Counted from the first letter of the stretch, positions 1 to 13,552 are shown. The stretch: 64,000 nucleotides of DNA from Trichodelitschia bisporula (GCA_010356995.1 ML996690.1:747420-811419); one strand, 5' to 3'. The notes: generated by a model from the letters alone, not told the origin. A program made the numbers and translations.

Positions 1-233
1 CGTCCGGCCAAATATCGAAACGCCCGCCAACCAGAACTAGCCCCGCGCCAAGGACAGTCCATCGCAGCCACTAGCGGATGGACGAACGGTCCAGCCCCCG
101 GATCCGCACACACCTGTTGCGACTCGGCTTTTCCTCATCTCGTGCTCAACTCGTGATGCCTCCTTTCTTCTCCACATACAAGATGCGCTAACGTCCCACA
201 CCAGGGCGGATCAATTCCCCTTTCCTCGGCAGC

Positions 234-1407
234 TCATGCGACGACGGTGATATCGACGTCGTCGTAGTCTTCGACGCCATGCTTTTGCCAGACATGTCGT
301 ACCAGACCCTTCGCACTCTCCAGCAGCGTGTCCTTGTCACGGAAGCGGTAACATAGCACGCAGGCAAATCCACCATTCTGGCGATGGCACTTGACCACGA
401 ACCGATTGTTGAGCAGATAGGTCCGTTCCTCGCGCACCTCCTCATCGTAAGCAGGCGTGGATATTCTGTCGCGCACCACCTCTTTGGCCACTTTCCACAC
501 ACGTCCCGGCCCAAGAGGAAGCACCGCACCGCACTCGAAACACGGACCGCCATGTACCAAGGAGTCGGGGAGTGGCATGCGCGGCAGGCGGATCAGCTCG
601 CGGCTGTATCGGCAAAAGAGCGGGCCAGTGGTGTCGAGCTCGAAGTTCTCCGTGGTTACGCTTTCCGGAGCCGGGAGTTGGCGCATCGTCGGCACCGACG
701 AGCTGTGCCGTAATGTCAAGCCGGGCCGTATCGGCTTCGACTGTTGTAGGCGCTGGTACTGCTGTTGCAGCGCGGAGATCGAACCGACGCGTGCGAGTTC
801 GGAGGCATTATACAATTTCCCGATGTTGTCAAGCCGGCCCGTCTCGAGCGCTTCCTGGAGCATCTTTATGACAGTTCCTTGGAGCATGATAATCTGTCCC
901 TGCAGCTGATTCTGTGTAATTGCTGCTTTACGTCAGCGTCGTTGGCAACTCTTGTGGTGGAACGTACTGTCGCCTAGGGCAAAGCGCTGGCCGAGCCGCG
1001 CGAAGTACCTGTCATACTCCTGCTGAATCGCCGGGCCACCCCGATGGAGCGACATTTGCAGGTCATCATCTCGCCGCCCGTAGTCTCGTCGATCATCTCG
1101 CCTGTCGTCCCGTCTGTCGTCCCTGTCATCGTCCCGGCGGCCTCCGTTTTTTCCCCGCTCCTCGGCGGCCTTGATCTCAGCCTCAAGCTCCTTGATCTTC
1201 TTGTTCTGGCCCTCATCGAGCTTCTTCTGGCGACGCTGCTGGCCAATACGGTCGTAAAGGTTGACACTGGTAGTAAAGGTTCCGATAATGGTGGATGCGA
1301 GTGTTGCTATAATGAAGGTTTTCTGCCGACGTCAGATCCGGCGCTTCAGCGCGCTAGAGATTGCTTACTTTGAGGTTTTTCTCCTCGATCATATTAGAGT
1401 AGTTCAT
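234..1407 (-). CDS. Conserved fungal hypothetical protein with an RDD low-complexity repeat and a C-terminal Cys/His (C2H2-like) metal-binding region; 3 exons
   Basis: ATG at 1407 (MNYSNMIEEKNLK). Introns 1323-1368 (GTAAGC..CTGAC..CAG) and 923-967 (GTACGT..CTGAC..CAG) join in frame to ORF 234..887. The C-terminus has CxxC, KCH and CVLC..HVWQKH motifs. Confidence 0.8.
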
Positions 1408-2658
1408 CTTGGCGGTGGGTATGCAAGCACACTTTGATCGAGTGGTAAATCGTGCGAGTGAGTTTGGGCCAGAGCTCGCGATAGCTTCGTGATCTTTGAC
1501 GTGGATCGCGGAGCGAACTCGGCTAGATATTGGGCTGGACGCGGCTGTGTGTACAACTCGGGGGCCAGGCTTCTGGTGGCGGATATGCGGAATGACGTCG
1601 ATTATTCCGGCCCGACGGCGAGGCCTACCCCACCTAGATCGACCACACCTGGCGGGAATATGGCAACTTTATCGGCACAATGGCACTTTACTTTCCCCAT
1701 TCGATTTACCATGGCTATTGAACCTTGATGTTACTCTTAATCATGCTCTTCTCATAAGACTATGGTCCCCTCCAAATTTCACCGTCAGGCTGGAAGAACT
1801 GGCCATGTAAGTGAATCTTCTGAAATGCCCAAAATCATACCTAAATCGCGCGAGCACTTCCCTATCTCGCCCAACATTCCAGCATCTTCCCTGCCAACCG
1901 TTCATTAACCATACCGCTACGTAGCATTAATTACCGCAACATGCAGCGTCCGACCCTACGACGTCATCATTCAGCTGACTTCATGATACCTAAAGACCTA
2001 ACTGCCCAACTGCCGCCCTCCAACCCGGCATGAAGAGCGGGGTTGGTGGGTAGGCAGGCGGTCTGCGCTGGAACGTACCGTAGTAAATGTAGCACGAAGG
2101 AAAGTTAAGCTTTCGCTTGCTTCCGGGCTGGGTCGGCGTTGATCTTATCGGACTCGGTTCGAGGCTTGACACCTTCTTGCCTGAAGAACGAGGGGCGCGC
2201 GGGTTTGGAGGGGCGGCCAAGGAACACTCTGATTCGCCAGATGGAACAAGCCGAGATCCCTTCGCACCCTCCCCGCCAAACGCCAAACTTCACCACAACT
2301 TGCATCACGTGCCCGCCGTACACCGCGTCTCCAGACCAAAACAACCGCGTATCTCACAAACCCACGTCTCCAAGCAAACCTCAGCTCCCTCGATCCTCGC
2401 TATCAGCTCCCATTCCGCCCGCCGTCTTTATTCACCCCACCTAACCCCCGCACTGCCCCGCCCAGCTGAGCTCGCCCTTTCATCCTCGGCGCGCAAGGCA
2501 CCGCCCGCTCACCGCCCCGGCCCTGGCACCACGCCCTCCCGCGCGCATCGCTACGCGGCACACTCGCGGTCTGGCTTACGGGGGATACGATTGCGGGCTC
2601 TACGAGTCGTGTGCTAGGACTGGGCTGAGGGGGGGTATATAAGGTGGTGCTCGCTGGT

Positions 2659-3566
2659 ATGGCGGGGGCAAAGCGGAAAATGGCGGTTAAGCCTCATACT
2701 CAGGAGGAATTTGCGCTGGCGATGGCGAAGCTGCGGGAGGATGGCGAGGGTGAGTTACCTTCCTCCTTCACTCCTCTCTGAAGATATATGCAAGGGCAAA
2801 GCTAACTCCCCCAGCGTCGAGCAAACGCGCTCGTCCCGCGACAGAGCCCACGGAAGCGCAAATGCTCGCCCACCTCGCCCCGCTCAACGCTCTCCCTCCA
2901 CCCTCATTCCTACGTACCTACGCCCCCTACCCCCTCTCTCCCTACACAACCAAACGCGGCATAACCTACGGTCTCTCGTTCACGCCCTTCGCCTCCTTAA
3001 CCCCCGCCGAACACACCGCCTGCCTGTCGCTCATTGAATACACCAGCGCCGCACACTACCGCGCCTCGCGACTAGGCTGGAATCCCACCGCCAAAAGCGA
3101 AGAAATGCGCGAGCCGGACCTGCGCTACATACTCGTGCGCCGCAGCGACACCGACGCCGCCAGTGATACCCCCGCGGCCAGTCCCGGCGGCTCGGGGTCC
3201 GAGCGCGATAGTCCCGTGCCTGACACCGCCGCCGAAGCCGAAGCTGGTATCGTGGGCTTCATGTCCATGATGCTGACGATCGAGGCGGAGCAGTTGGTGC
3301 TGTATATCTACGAATTGCATCTGCGCGAAGAGGCGCGCGGGACGGGGCTGGCGGGGCATTTGATGGGGTGGGCGCGGGGCGTGGGCAAGGCCACCGGGAT
3401 GAGCAAGTGCATGCTTACGGTTTATACGGCGAATGCGCGGGCGGAGGCATTTTATCGCCGACTGGGGTATGTGGAGGATGCGATTAGCCCGAAGGTGAAG
3501 AGTTTGAGGGGAGGGAGGGGGGTGAGGCCGGAGTATTTGATTATGAGTTTGGTGTTGGAGGGGTAA
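2659..3566 (+). CDS. NAT4: N-alpha-acetyltransferase 40 (NatD, histone H4/H2A N-terminal acetyltransferase), GNAT family; 2 exons
   Basis: Motifs YRASRLGW..K.EEM...DLRY, LYIYELHL...RGTGLA and LTVYTAN..A..FYRRLGY..D.ISP. ATG 2659 and intron 2750-2814 (GTGAGT..GCTAAC..CAG) join in frame to ORF 2862..3566. TATATAA at about 2636. Confidence 0.85.
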
Positions 3567-3683
3567 TGTTTCGTGTTTTGTGGGTGAGCTTTTTTTTTTG
3601 GGCGGGCGGGAGCACGGTGCATAGCGTTTAGGCGCGGGGGTATCATCTGAATCGCATTTTATGTTTGTCACAAGTCTGCAAAG

Positions 3684-5040
3684 CTATATCTGCCGCGCTT
3701 CCTTGCCCTTCATGTCCGGCCGCTCGACCTCCCACTCGTCGCGCACAACGGCGTATATCAGGTCTGCGACTACGATGACGAGCGCCAGGCTCCACACCAG
3801 CGTGATGGCGTAGAAGAAGTTTGCATTGCCCGAGCCGGCGTAGATCCAGAGGTGGTAGAAGGCGGGGCCGAGGAGCGTGGCATACATGAGAGTTGCCGTG
3901 GCGAGGAAGGGGTAGCGCATGACTGCTTCGTTAGGGAACCGTTCAAGCTCAAGGGGCACTACTTACGCGGAAACACGTGCCGGTACAGCGGCACCACGCC
4001 TAGAAACAGCGCTGAGTCGGCGATGCTGGGGTAAGGCTGGAAAATGGCGATTATGCCGGTCATGGCGACGGCGGCGAAGAGGGGTTGCTTGCGGAGGCGG
4101 ATTGTTAAAGCAGCGACGTAGCTCCCCATGTGCAGCCAGAAGACACCGAGGAAGAATTCGCGGAAGGAATCGAATATCTCGATGAAGAAGTACCACCATA
4201 AGCCCACGTTGGGGGTTAGGTCGGGGAGGAGGAGGGGCGTGCCGTAGGTGCTTGCCACGAACTGCCATGAGCCGGTGATGAGGCGCGAGAGGCCCAGCAG
4301 GGCAGCGATGGCAGAGGAGACGCCGCCGGCTAGGGAGGCGGTGTATGCGCCTTGGGAGGGGGTTGTGCCGGAGCGTCGGATGTGTTGGTCGTAGAGGAGG
4401 ATGGCGAGGGGCGGGAAGAGGAGCGCGGGATAGAGGGAGAGGTAGGCGGCGGCGCTGAGGGCGAGGATGAAGGTTAGGGGGCGGGCGGTTGCGGCGCTGG
4501 CGAAGGCTTGCAGGATGAAGAAGTTTGTGATTACGCTGGTGGAGCGGCCGATGCAGATTGCGATGGTGAACGGGTTGAAGAGGAAGCCGGCTGCTATGGC
4601 GGCGCTGCTGTAGCGTGAGGACTGGCGGGGAGAGGTGTAGCGGAGGGATGAGACGGAGACGCCGGTTTCCGCAACTTTCATGAGGGCTTGGGCGCTGAGG
4701 AGATCGAGGGCGATGTAGAGGAGGTTCGTCAGGAGGGGGTATCGCGATGGGTCGGGGAGGAGGGAGAAGAGCGGTAGGAGGAGAGGCGCTTGGTGGAAGA
4801 CGCCGCCATCGTATGGTGAGACATTATGTGTATATAGAAAGAGGCCTTCTTGCACTGCACGCTTGTCAGTAGTGCCTCCGTGAACGCAAGGAGATGTGAC
4901 GTACGTCTCTTGAAGCTCGAAACCGGAGTGGAGACCTCCACGCGGCCTGTAAGAACGGACGGCAGCGAAGGAAAAACAGTGAACAGAAGAAAGCGAACTG
5001 CGGCCGCTGCGCCGAAGAGCAAAGGCTTGTGGTTCTCCAT
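3684..5040 (-). CDS. GAB1: GPI transamidase subunit PIG-U (Gab1/Cdc91); 3 exons
   Basis: Motifs RVEVSTPVSSFKRLQEGLFLY, SPYDGGVFHQAPL, DLTPNVGLWWYFFIEIFD and GSGNANFFYAITL. Introns 4855-4904 and 3923-3966. Confidence 0.95.
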
Positions 5041-6117
5041 GGTCAATTCGTCACGTCATAGCCCTTATGGCTGCTGCATTGCGAGTCGTTTTTTGGTGTT
5101 TACTACGGACCCGTGGACTTGGGAGGTTGAAGTTCGTGCCTGCAGCGCCAGGCGGCTGCTACCCCAGGCGCTGCGGCGGCACGTGGAGACGCGTTGGTGC
5201 GACCTCTGCCTTCGCGACATCGAACCTCGCATCATCATCCTTCATGAGGTCAAGATCCTGATTATTTTACAGTAGTATGCTCACCCCGATATGTGGTTCG
5301 CATGAAACTGGCTGCTGTCCCACGAAACAGACTCGAGAGAGCTTTCTGGCCTCCCTATGACGTATACAAGATCTGCAAACTCTTCTGAAGCAATTCCCAG
5401 TTCTATTCGCCATGTCGTCAGTCCACGAAATGGCTTTATGGAGTACTTGGCCGGTGGCGGCTCTGTTCTCTCTTCAATTACCCCAGACTACGTGTCTCCT
5501 GGCCTCCGACGATAACACCAGCATATGACCAGGCAGCAGCCTCTTCTTTCGAAGCCCGTCATCGTCGATTGACACTTGCCACTTTGGACGGGAAGTCCTC
5601 TAGGCATCATCGTTCGGAACTCTCACAAGCCGCAAGTCTTACGGCCGAAACGACCGAACCTTCGCTGGGAATTCCTCCAAACCGTTACCGGGGACAGCTG
5701 ATGTTAATATATCTGCCCCCATGCTCACGAACCACGGTCTCAATTCCGCTGCCATAGGCCAAAGTTCCTCCAAGCTTGCAACCACTTACAGGTAGCTTGG
5801 TACCTCCAGGCTGCTATATTCATATTCTGGAGCTCACGAGCTACTCATCCTGAATCTGGGTGCGTATCACGCACCAACCGGTCACCTCTCGGTCCACGGC
5901 ACTGCTACTGCGACTTGAAACACCTTCCATCCCTGCTTCAGATCTTGAACGAGTTAAATCGCCACGAGCTCTATAGATACCAAACCTCGGCCTGACGCAC
6001 GTGGCACTCCGTCATTCATGTGAAGCTGGCGCCACCGAGCATATGTACAAGGCTGTGCCCCACTGAGTCAACTGGCAGTGTCTCTTGCCCCTCACACAGC
6101 TTTCAGGAACCAGCGTC

Positions 6118-7842
6118 ATGGCTTCTATTGTACCAGTTTTGATTTTGACCGCAGCTGCAGAGGCGTTCGCGCTCACTCTGCTGATACCAGAGCACCTTCC
6201 TCCACATCCGTTTGTGTGGACTCTGATCCGGACGAGTGCTCTGAACGTCGGGCTGTACACTCTGTGGACAGTTTTCATATATCCGTTCTTTGTCAGTCCG
6301 CTCCGTCACTTGCCTCAGCCAAAGGTAAGCATTTCCAGTATTTAGCTCGCTGCTTGCCCCTAACCAGCCCAGGGTTCCATTCCACTCGTTGGTCATGGCT
6401 ATGCCATGTTCAGGAAGCCTCCGGCCAAAGATTTTCTTAAATGGGTCACCGACATCCCCAATGACGGCTTGATTTACTTTCGCGGATTTCTATATCAAGA
6501 CCGGCTTCTTTTGACGAATCCGCAAACGCTGGCTGAAGTTCTTGTGCAAAAATCGTACGACTTTGAGAAGCCAACCAAGCTACGCAACTTCCTGCGTCGG
6601 ATTCTCGGCGATGGGCTCATCATTGTCGAAGGCGATGAGCACAAGTTCCAACGGAAGCATATTATGCCCGTCTTTGGCTTCCGCCACATCAAAGAGCTGT
6701 ACCCGATGATGTGGAAGAAGGCCGTCGCTCTGACCCAGGGCGTTGCTGAAGAGGTTGCGGAGGGCAGAGATGGGACTAAAGATACCGTTGTCGAAGTGAA
6801 CCACTGGGCAAACAAAGTGACCATGGACATCATCGGCGTGGCTGGTCTTGGACGGGACTTCGGCGCCCTGAGAAACTCGGACGACGAACTTATCCAAAAC
6901 TACGAGGAGATCTTGGAACCCACGTTGGAGAAGGTCCTCTATTTTGCCTCTCAGATCGTCGGCCCGCCAGCGATCATTGATAGGCTTCCTCTCAGAATCA
7001 ACAAGAGGATGAAGGCGACCACCGGCGCGCTGAACAGGATCTGCAATGAGCTTGTACGGGACAAGCGGAAGGCGATGGAAAAGGGCGGCGATGAACATCT
7101 TGACATCCTCTCTGTTCTCATCAAGTCGAACAACTTCTCGGACCAGCAGCTGGTGGATCAGTTGCTCACATTCCTCGCGGCAGGGTCCGTATCATGTTTC
7201 ACATAGGCTACGTTTGCTAACTTCCGAAGGCATGAGACCACGTCATCGGCGTTCACATGGACAACCTATCTCCTTGCCACCCATCCAGATATTCAGACTC
7301 GCTTACGCGAAGAAATCCGCTCTGCAGTCTCATCGGGCTTTAGCCCTGAGTTCGATCTCGCAGGAATCTTGGAAGGGTTACCTCTGCTCAACGCTGTTTG
7401 CAACGAGACTCTCCGCCTTTACCCCACGGTCCCCATTACCATCCGCGATTCCATCCGCCCAACCACAATCGGCGGCCAGTTCATCCCCAAGGACACGCAG
7501 ATTCTCATCTCGCCTTGGGCGGTCAACCGCTCACCGCACCTGTGGGGCGATAATGCCAGCGAATTCGTGCCGGACCGGTGGATCGACGCGAAGACGGGCA
7601 AGCCGAACAACAATGGTGGCACGTCGAGCAACTACAGCCTGCTGACCTTCTTGCATGGCCCGCGTAGCTGCATAGGAGAGAGGTTTGCAAAAGCTGAGCT
7701 GCGGTGCTTGGTGGCGTCGTTTGTGGGTGCGTTCGAGATGGAGGTTGCGTTTCCGGAGGAGGAGGTCGTTCCTGCTGGGGTGATTACGACGAAGCCTAGG
7801 GATGGGATGAAGCTGAGGCTCAGGCCTGTGGGGACCTGGTAG
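6118..7842 (+). CDS. Cytochrome P450 monooxygenase (CYP617-like by impression); 3 exons
   Basis: N-terminal membrane anchor; I-helix AAGHET (split by intron 7185-7229); ETLR; PDRW; heme motif FLHGPRSCIG. First intron 6325-6372. Confidence 0.93.
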
Positions 7843-8985
7843 GCCCTTCCGAGGTTGGTCCCTCAGTCCTTTTCATGCATATATTCTGGAATTTCTCGTT
7901 ACATCTTTGGCGTCGCTTCTTGCTTCCTCTGTTCACTGATCTTCGTGCCATTTCGGACGACTTCCCTCTGTTTTCGGCGTGTAGCGTCTCGTGTTGGAAA
8001 GCTGTGATGTTGATGTGTATTGCATAACCGAACAGTCGTCATGGTTTCACGAATATATATACAATGTATGCATTTTTGAAGACGACCTCGTGCTGCCCCC
8101 TGATATGAACTAAGGAAGGAGCACTGGTATCCCTGGAAGAAATATACTGACCTGGGGAAGTGACAGAGGGCAAGACTGGAAGGAACCCCGAGGGAGCTCG
8201 GAAGGGGGATACGTGGCTCACGATCTCTTGTTCCTTGTCTTTCGTTCTACTTTCAATCATGCACTCATTGTTTTGGACACGTACCGTTGTGATGCTCCCA
8301 TTGCCCTCTCGCAGTCGGAACCTTAGCCGAGTTACATATGAAACTGCAGGCAAAGACGTTTTGAGCCGAGATCGACTGAACATGCAAACACCGCAGGCAC
8401 CAACAAGTTGCCAGTGCGCAGCACGCATGGCCAAAGCAATTTGTTTCCGGTACGTCAGGCCGACGGGCTAGTTTTGAAACAGCCCAGCTAACAAATGTTT
8501 GCGACTCCCAGTATCACCTTGATAGATGTAGGCTCGATACCAGTCTAACTTCACAGCCGTCTCCAACCCATATGCCCTGTCACAGAGAAGAAGTTTTATG
8601 CGGTCTACGACAGCGATTCTCAGTAGCGCGTATTTGCCATCTTGGGCCGGGTACTTGCCACGCAATGGTTCCTGTTAAGAATCTGCTATCTGTCTACGGT
8701 AAAGTGAAGATGGAGTTTCTGGTACGGGTGCTCGACCGACAAGATGAGGCTGTGATCCATCAAGATGTCTCTATCCCCCACTGGTACTTATCCTCGAGCC
8801 AGAAACTTGTCTGGGCGGTAGGCACTGTGCATTATTGCCAACACTTGTTTCTTTCCCTACTCAGTTGGGAAGAGTGTGCTGAATTTTGTTCTGGGTGTGG
8901 CTTCAAGGTTGCCTCAGCCTCGTTGCATCTTATTAGTTCAAGCTGAGCCTTGCGCTCATACCGTGGTTCATCCCCTTTTGTCACC

Positions 8986-10986
8986 ATGGGGCTCGGGGTG
9001 CTGGAGGATCGGCATATGGAGATGCCGCCGGGGACGACGAGGCTGGCGGATAAGCTCGACCGTACGCTCCCGCTTGTGTTAAATGCACAGCATTAACCGT
9101 AGTAGCCTTCGCCACACTCAAAGATGGAGCCGAAGCAGTCCAGCTAAAGCGATCGGGGGACATCATCCTCGTACCACAGCCTAGCGATGACCCTAACGAT
9201 CCACTCAACTGGTACTCACCCAACGGGTTTACGTGTTAAGCTTCTGACACCACTAGGCCAAACTGGACCAAAAACGTCATCATGATAATCCTCGGCATCA
9301 GTGTCGCAGTAACCACCTCGTAAGTTGGCCCCTACCTTTCTCGTGGGACATACTCATCCCCTCAGCCTTGGACCCATGATAACACCTGGGCTGCATCTCC
9401 TCTCGACGCGGTACCACGTCAGCGCCGACGAAGTCGACAGCCTCATGCTCGGCGCGCTGCAGTTCTGCATTGGATTCACGACGTTCTTCACCGCGGCGGG
9501 GGCAACGATATGGGGTAAGCGGCCGTTCTTCGTCATCTCCGCGCTTGTACTGCTGGCAACATGTGCGTGGGGGTATACCGCGACGGTAAGTGCGGCCATC
9601 GGATGTGAGAGCCTTTCTGACGCACTAGACATGGCGGTCACTCGTTGCCATGCGCTTTATTCAGGGCATGGCGTCCGCGCCGCTGGAGACGCTGGTCACG
9701 GCCTCGGTGGCCGATTTGTTCTTCGTGCATGAGCGGGGGTCGCGGCTTGCGATTTGGGGGATGATGGTGCATGGCGGCGTGGGAATCGGGTACGTTGCGC
9801 TCGGAGCTGCGAGCGGAGGGGACTAACAAGCGCAGCCAGGTGATATCTGGGTTCATCATCCAGGCGCTCGGCGTGCAGGCTACGTTCGGCGTATGCGCGC
9901 TGTGGTTCCTGGTCCTCGCGCCGCTGATCTTTGGCCTTGTCTTCGAGACAACGTATATGCGCAAGAGGGGCGAGTGGGAACCGGCTGCGGGCACGGAGAT
10001 GCAACAACTGCCAGAAAAGACGGGCAAACTCCCGCTTCCGGATGAGAAAGAAGTAGAAGAAGACGCCGACTCCAAGTCAGCGCCGGGCAAACGCGCGTCC
10101 TTCGCCATCCTCCACGCAAGCGAGAGCATTCCTCTCCGCGAGCCACATCGAGCACGCTTGCGTCTGTGGCGAGGACGCCTTTCAGCAGACTCGTACTGGA
10201 AAGCGGTGGTCAAGCCCGTACCGTTGATCTGCTATCCCGCTATTGCGTACAGCGCAGTGGTACACGGGTCGTTCTTCGTCTGGCTGGTGGTCATGGGCCT
10301 GCTCTCCCTGCAAGTCTTCACCGCGCCGCCGTACAACCTCTCCCCCGCGCAGATCGGCCTGACAAACATCCCACATGTTGTCGTTGCGCTGGTGTGCTCG
10401 CCCATTGCGGGCGTGTTATCCGACTGGGTAGCCAAGGTGCGTTTCCCGTATCACGAGTGGGTCCCCGGATTGACAGTGTAGTCCATGGCGCGGCGCAACG
10501 CCGGCGTCTTCGAACCCGAGTTCCGCCTCCCGCTCATGGCAATAGCGACACCCTTTGCCACGCTCGGGTTCCTCGGCTTCGGGCTCGCGGTCGAGCGCCG
10601 CGCGAGCCTACCCGTCATCCTCGTCTTCCAGAACTTGCAGGCTGTGTCCGTGCCATTTGCGAGCCAGGCCGCGCTCACGTACTTGCTGGACTGCCACCCG
10701 CGCGACACGAACCAGGCGTTTGTGACGGTGGGATTCGTCAAGGCGGTATTGATGTTTTTGGCTACGAGTCGGGTGGCCGGGTGGTATGCGGGGGTTGGGC
10801 CTTGGGGTGTCATGGTCGTTTGTGCGGTGGCTAATGCGGGGGTTTCGGTGCTTACGGTGCCGGTTTATGTGTTTGGGAAGAGGTGGCGGAGTAAGGTGAG
10901 TTTCTTCTTTTGTGCGTGAGGGTGAGATGCTGATGGAGTAGATTGCGAGGAGTGGGTTGGCGAGGAAGTTGGAGATGCGAGAATGA
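8986..10986 (+). CDS. Major facilitator superfamily transporter (HOL1-like/DHA1 type); multi-exon
   Basis: MGLGVLED start; LVPQPSDDPNDPLNW; WGKRP; ADLFFVHERG; PPYNLS; RRNAGVFEPEFRL. About 7 short GT-AG introns; stop TGA at 10984-10986. Confidence 0.88.
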
Positions 10987-11567
10987 GGGCTTCTCTGCTG
11001 TACGTGTCTACGCCTGAGGTGAGCTGGGCTGCGGCTTTGGTTGGTAGGTATCGTGGAAGCCGCTGTCGGGGGAGTTCGGTTGAACATGGAAATAGTATTC
11101 CAGCTGGATTTGTCTGGAGACACTCTTCTGGATTAGCCGTTCCAACAGTGTAAGATACGTAGTAGATAGTGTCAGGTAGCCAACGAGAGCTTTAATGTGT
11201 ACGGCGAAGAAGGCATCAACTGCGTCCCCAAGATCTTACAGTAAATCAGCGAAAGTGCTCAGACATCAATAGATCAACGGGTCGTCCAAATTGAAATCCA
11301 TACCCCCCACTAGGGTCGGGCCTTTCCCCGCAACCCCGCAAACATGCAGGGTCGCGGGCCACAATTCGCGGGGCGCCGCCGCATGCATCTCCGCTTGTGG
11401 CTACAAGGTGCGGGAGGGGTCGGCGCTAGCCGAGGCAAGGCGGGGAAGCTATATACTGAGCTCCCAGCACACGGCTGACGCTCATACGGGACGTCCGTAT
11501 CAAAGCCATTGAGCCACAGAAAGGAGAACTCAAACGGAGAAAATAATCATCGCAACTGTACCTCGAG

Positions 11568-13116
11568 ATGGCCGCTGAAATCCCCCCTCTCGTCGCCCAC
11601 CGTGTGAGCGATAAGGCGAAGCGCACGCTGGATATCGTGTGTCCCCCCCCGCCCACACAGCCCCGCCCCCCATCTAACCCGCGCAGGTCAAGCAATTCGT
11701 CGAAGAAGAATGCATGCCCGCCGACGCCGTCGCCCGCGCCCAAATGGCCGACTTCCCGACGCGGTGGGGCGTCTACCCGCCCGTCATTGATGATTTGAAG
11801 GCTAAGGCCAAGGCGCTCGGCCTGTGGAACATGTTCCTGAGCAAGACGCACTACGCCGAGGGCGCGGGGTTGAGTAACCTTGAGTATGGGCTTATTGCGG
11901 GGGTGTTGGGGAAGAGTGGGCTGGCGTCTGAGGTGAGTGAAGCTTAAAAAGGGTTGGGACGAGGCGGATGCTGATGTTATGGGGGTGATGCCAGGCGGTG
12001 AATTGCTCGGCGCCGGATACGGGGAATATGGAGGTGCTGGCGAAGTATGGGACGCCAGAGCAGAAGAAGACCTGGCTGGAGCCGTTGCTGGATGGCACGA
12101 TTAGGAGTGCGTTTTTGATGACGGAGCGTGCGGTTGCGTCGTCTGATGCGCGCAATATCGAGATGAGTATGAAGCGCGAGGGGAACGAGTATGTGCTGAA
12201 TGGCTCGGTAAGTGTCCCCCCCCCTTCCCCGCCCCCAAGCACCGCGTATCGCTGCTAAGCATATCAGAAATGGTGGTCCAGCGGCGCCGGCGACCCGCGC
12301 TGCAAGATCTACGTCGTGCTCGGCAAGACCGACCCCAACAACCCGGACCCGTATAAGCAACAATCCGTCATCCTAGTGCCGGCGGGCACAGCCGGCGTCA
12401 AGATCGAGCGCATGCTGAGCGTGTACGGGTACGACGATGCGCCGCACGGCCATGCCGAGATTACATTTACCAATGTCCGCGTCCCGGCGAGTAACCTGGT
12501 ACTCGGCGAGGGGCGCGGGTTCGAGATCATCCAGGGCCGGTTGGGGCCGGGCAGGATCCATCATGCCATGCGGGCGGTCGGTTCGGTAGGCTGTTCTGCT
12601 TCACTTTGGGATAGTTCTGGGCTAATGAACGCCTAGGCGGAGCGCGCTCTCGAGCTCATGATCAGCCGCGTCAATGACCCCGCGCGGCGCACCTTCGGCA
12701 AGCGCCTGAACGAGCATGGCGTGATCCTGGAATGGATCGCGCGGTCGCGGATGGAGATCGACGCCGCGCGGCTCGTGGTGCTCAACGCAGCCATCAAAGT
12801 CGACGAGACGGATGCCAAGGGCGCGCAGTACGAGATCGCGGCGGCGAAGATCATGGTGCCGGAGATAGCGCTTGCGGTGATCGATCGCGCGGTACAGGCG
12901 CATGGGGCGGCGGGGGTGAGTGGGGATTTCCCGCTGGCGAGCATGTGGGCGCATATGCGGACGCTCAAGGTTGCGGATGGGCCGAGCGAGCTGCATTTGC
13001 AGCAGATGGGCAGGAATGAGAATAAGAAGAATCAGTTGATTTTGGGGAGGTTTGCGGAGCAGAGGAGGCGCGTGGAGCGGAAGTTGAAGGAGTATGGGTA
13101 TAAGTCTAACTTGTAG
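11568..13116 (+). CDS. Acyl-CoA dehydrogenase (ACAD10/11 C-terminal type), probably peroxisomal (C-terminal SNL); 5 exons
   Basis: Motifs [66 protein letters not shown] and ADGPSELH. Confidence 0.93.
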
Positions 13117-13552
13117 ATTGCCAGACTGTAATGCAAGCCTGAAGTCCGTACTTAGGCAAGCGATTCTTCTTCTCCAAAGCCCCGGCAAGCCGAATACTAT
13201 GGTGAAAAGGGAGGTTGTTCGCGTCAGCTCCAGATAGTGCAATAGGAGCGACACAGTGCTAGTCAACATGCGCAAGCACAGAGGCTGACTAGCGGGTGAC
13301 AAAAATAAGATTAATCTTGAAGTGACTCCGTAGAGTCGTTTCAGAGATTAAACTGAAAAGAACAGATACTACACTTGATCTAAGCCAAAGGCAAAGAGAG
13401 CTGGAGAAAAGAGGAAGAGGTTTTGGAAGGGGAGAGGTTCGACATTTATACACTGGGGCACGGGTGAGGCATCAAGGCAAATGGTGCCTGACAGAGAAGT
13501 AAATGCCTGGCAAGGCGAGTCGACAACGTCATATATGGACGAGGAAAGGGCC

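Noticed and set aside
2117..2617. 166-aa plus-strand ORF upstream of NAT4
   Set aside because: It has no ATG, I found no convincing upstream exon or branch point, and it has no recognisable motifs.
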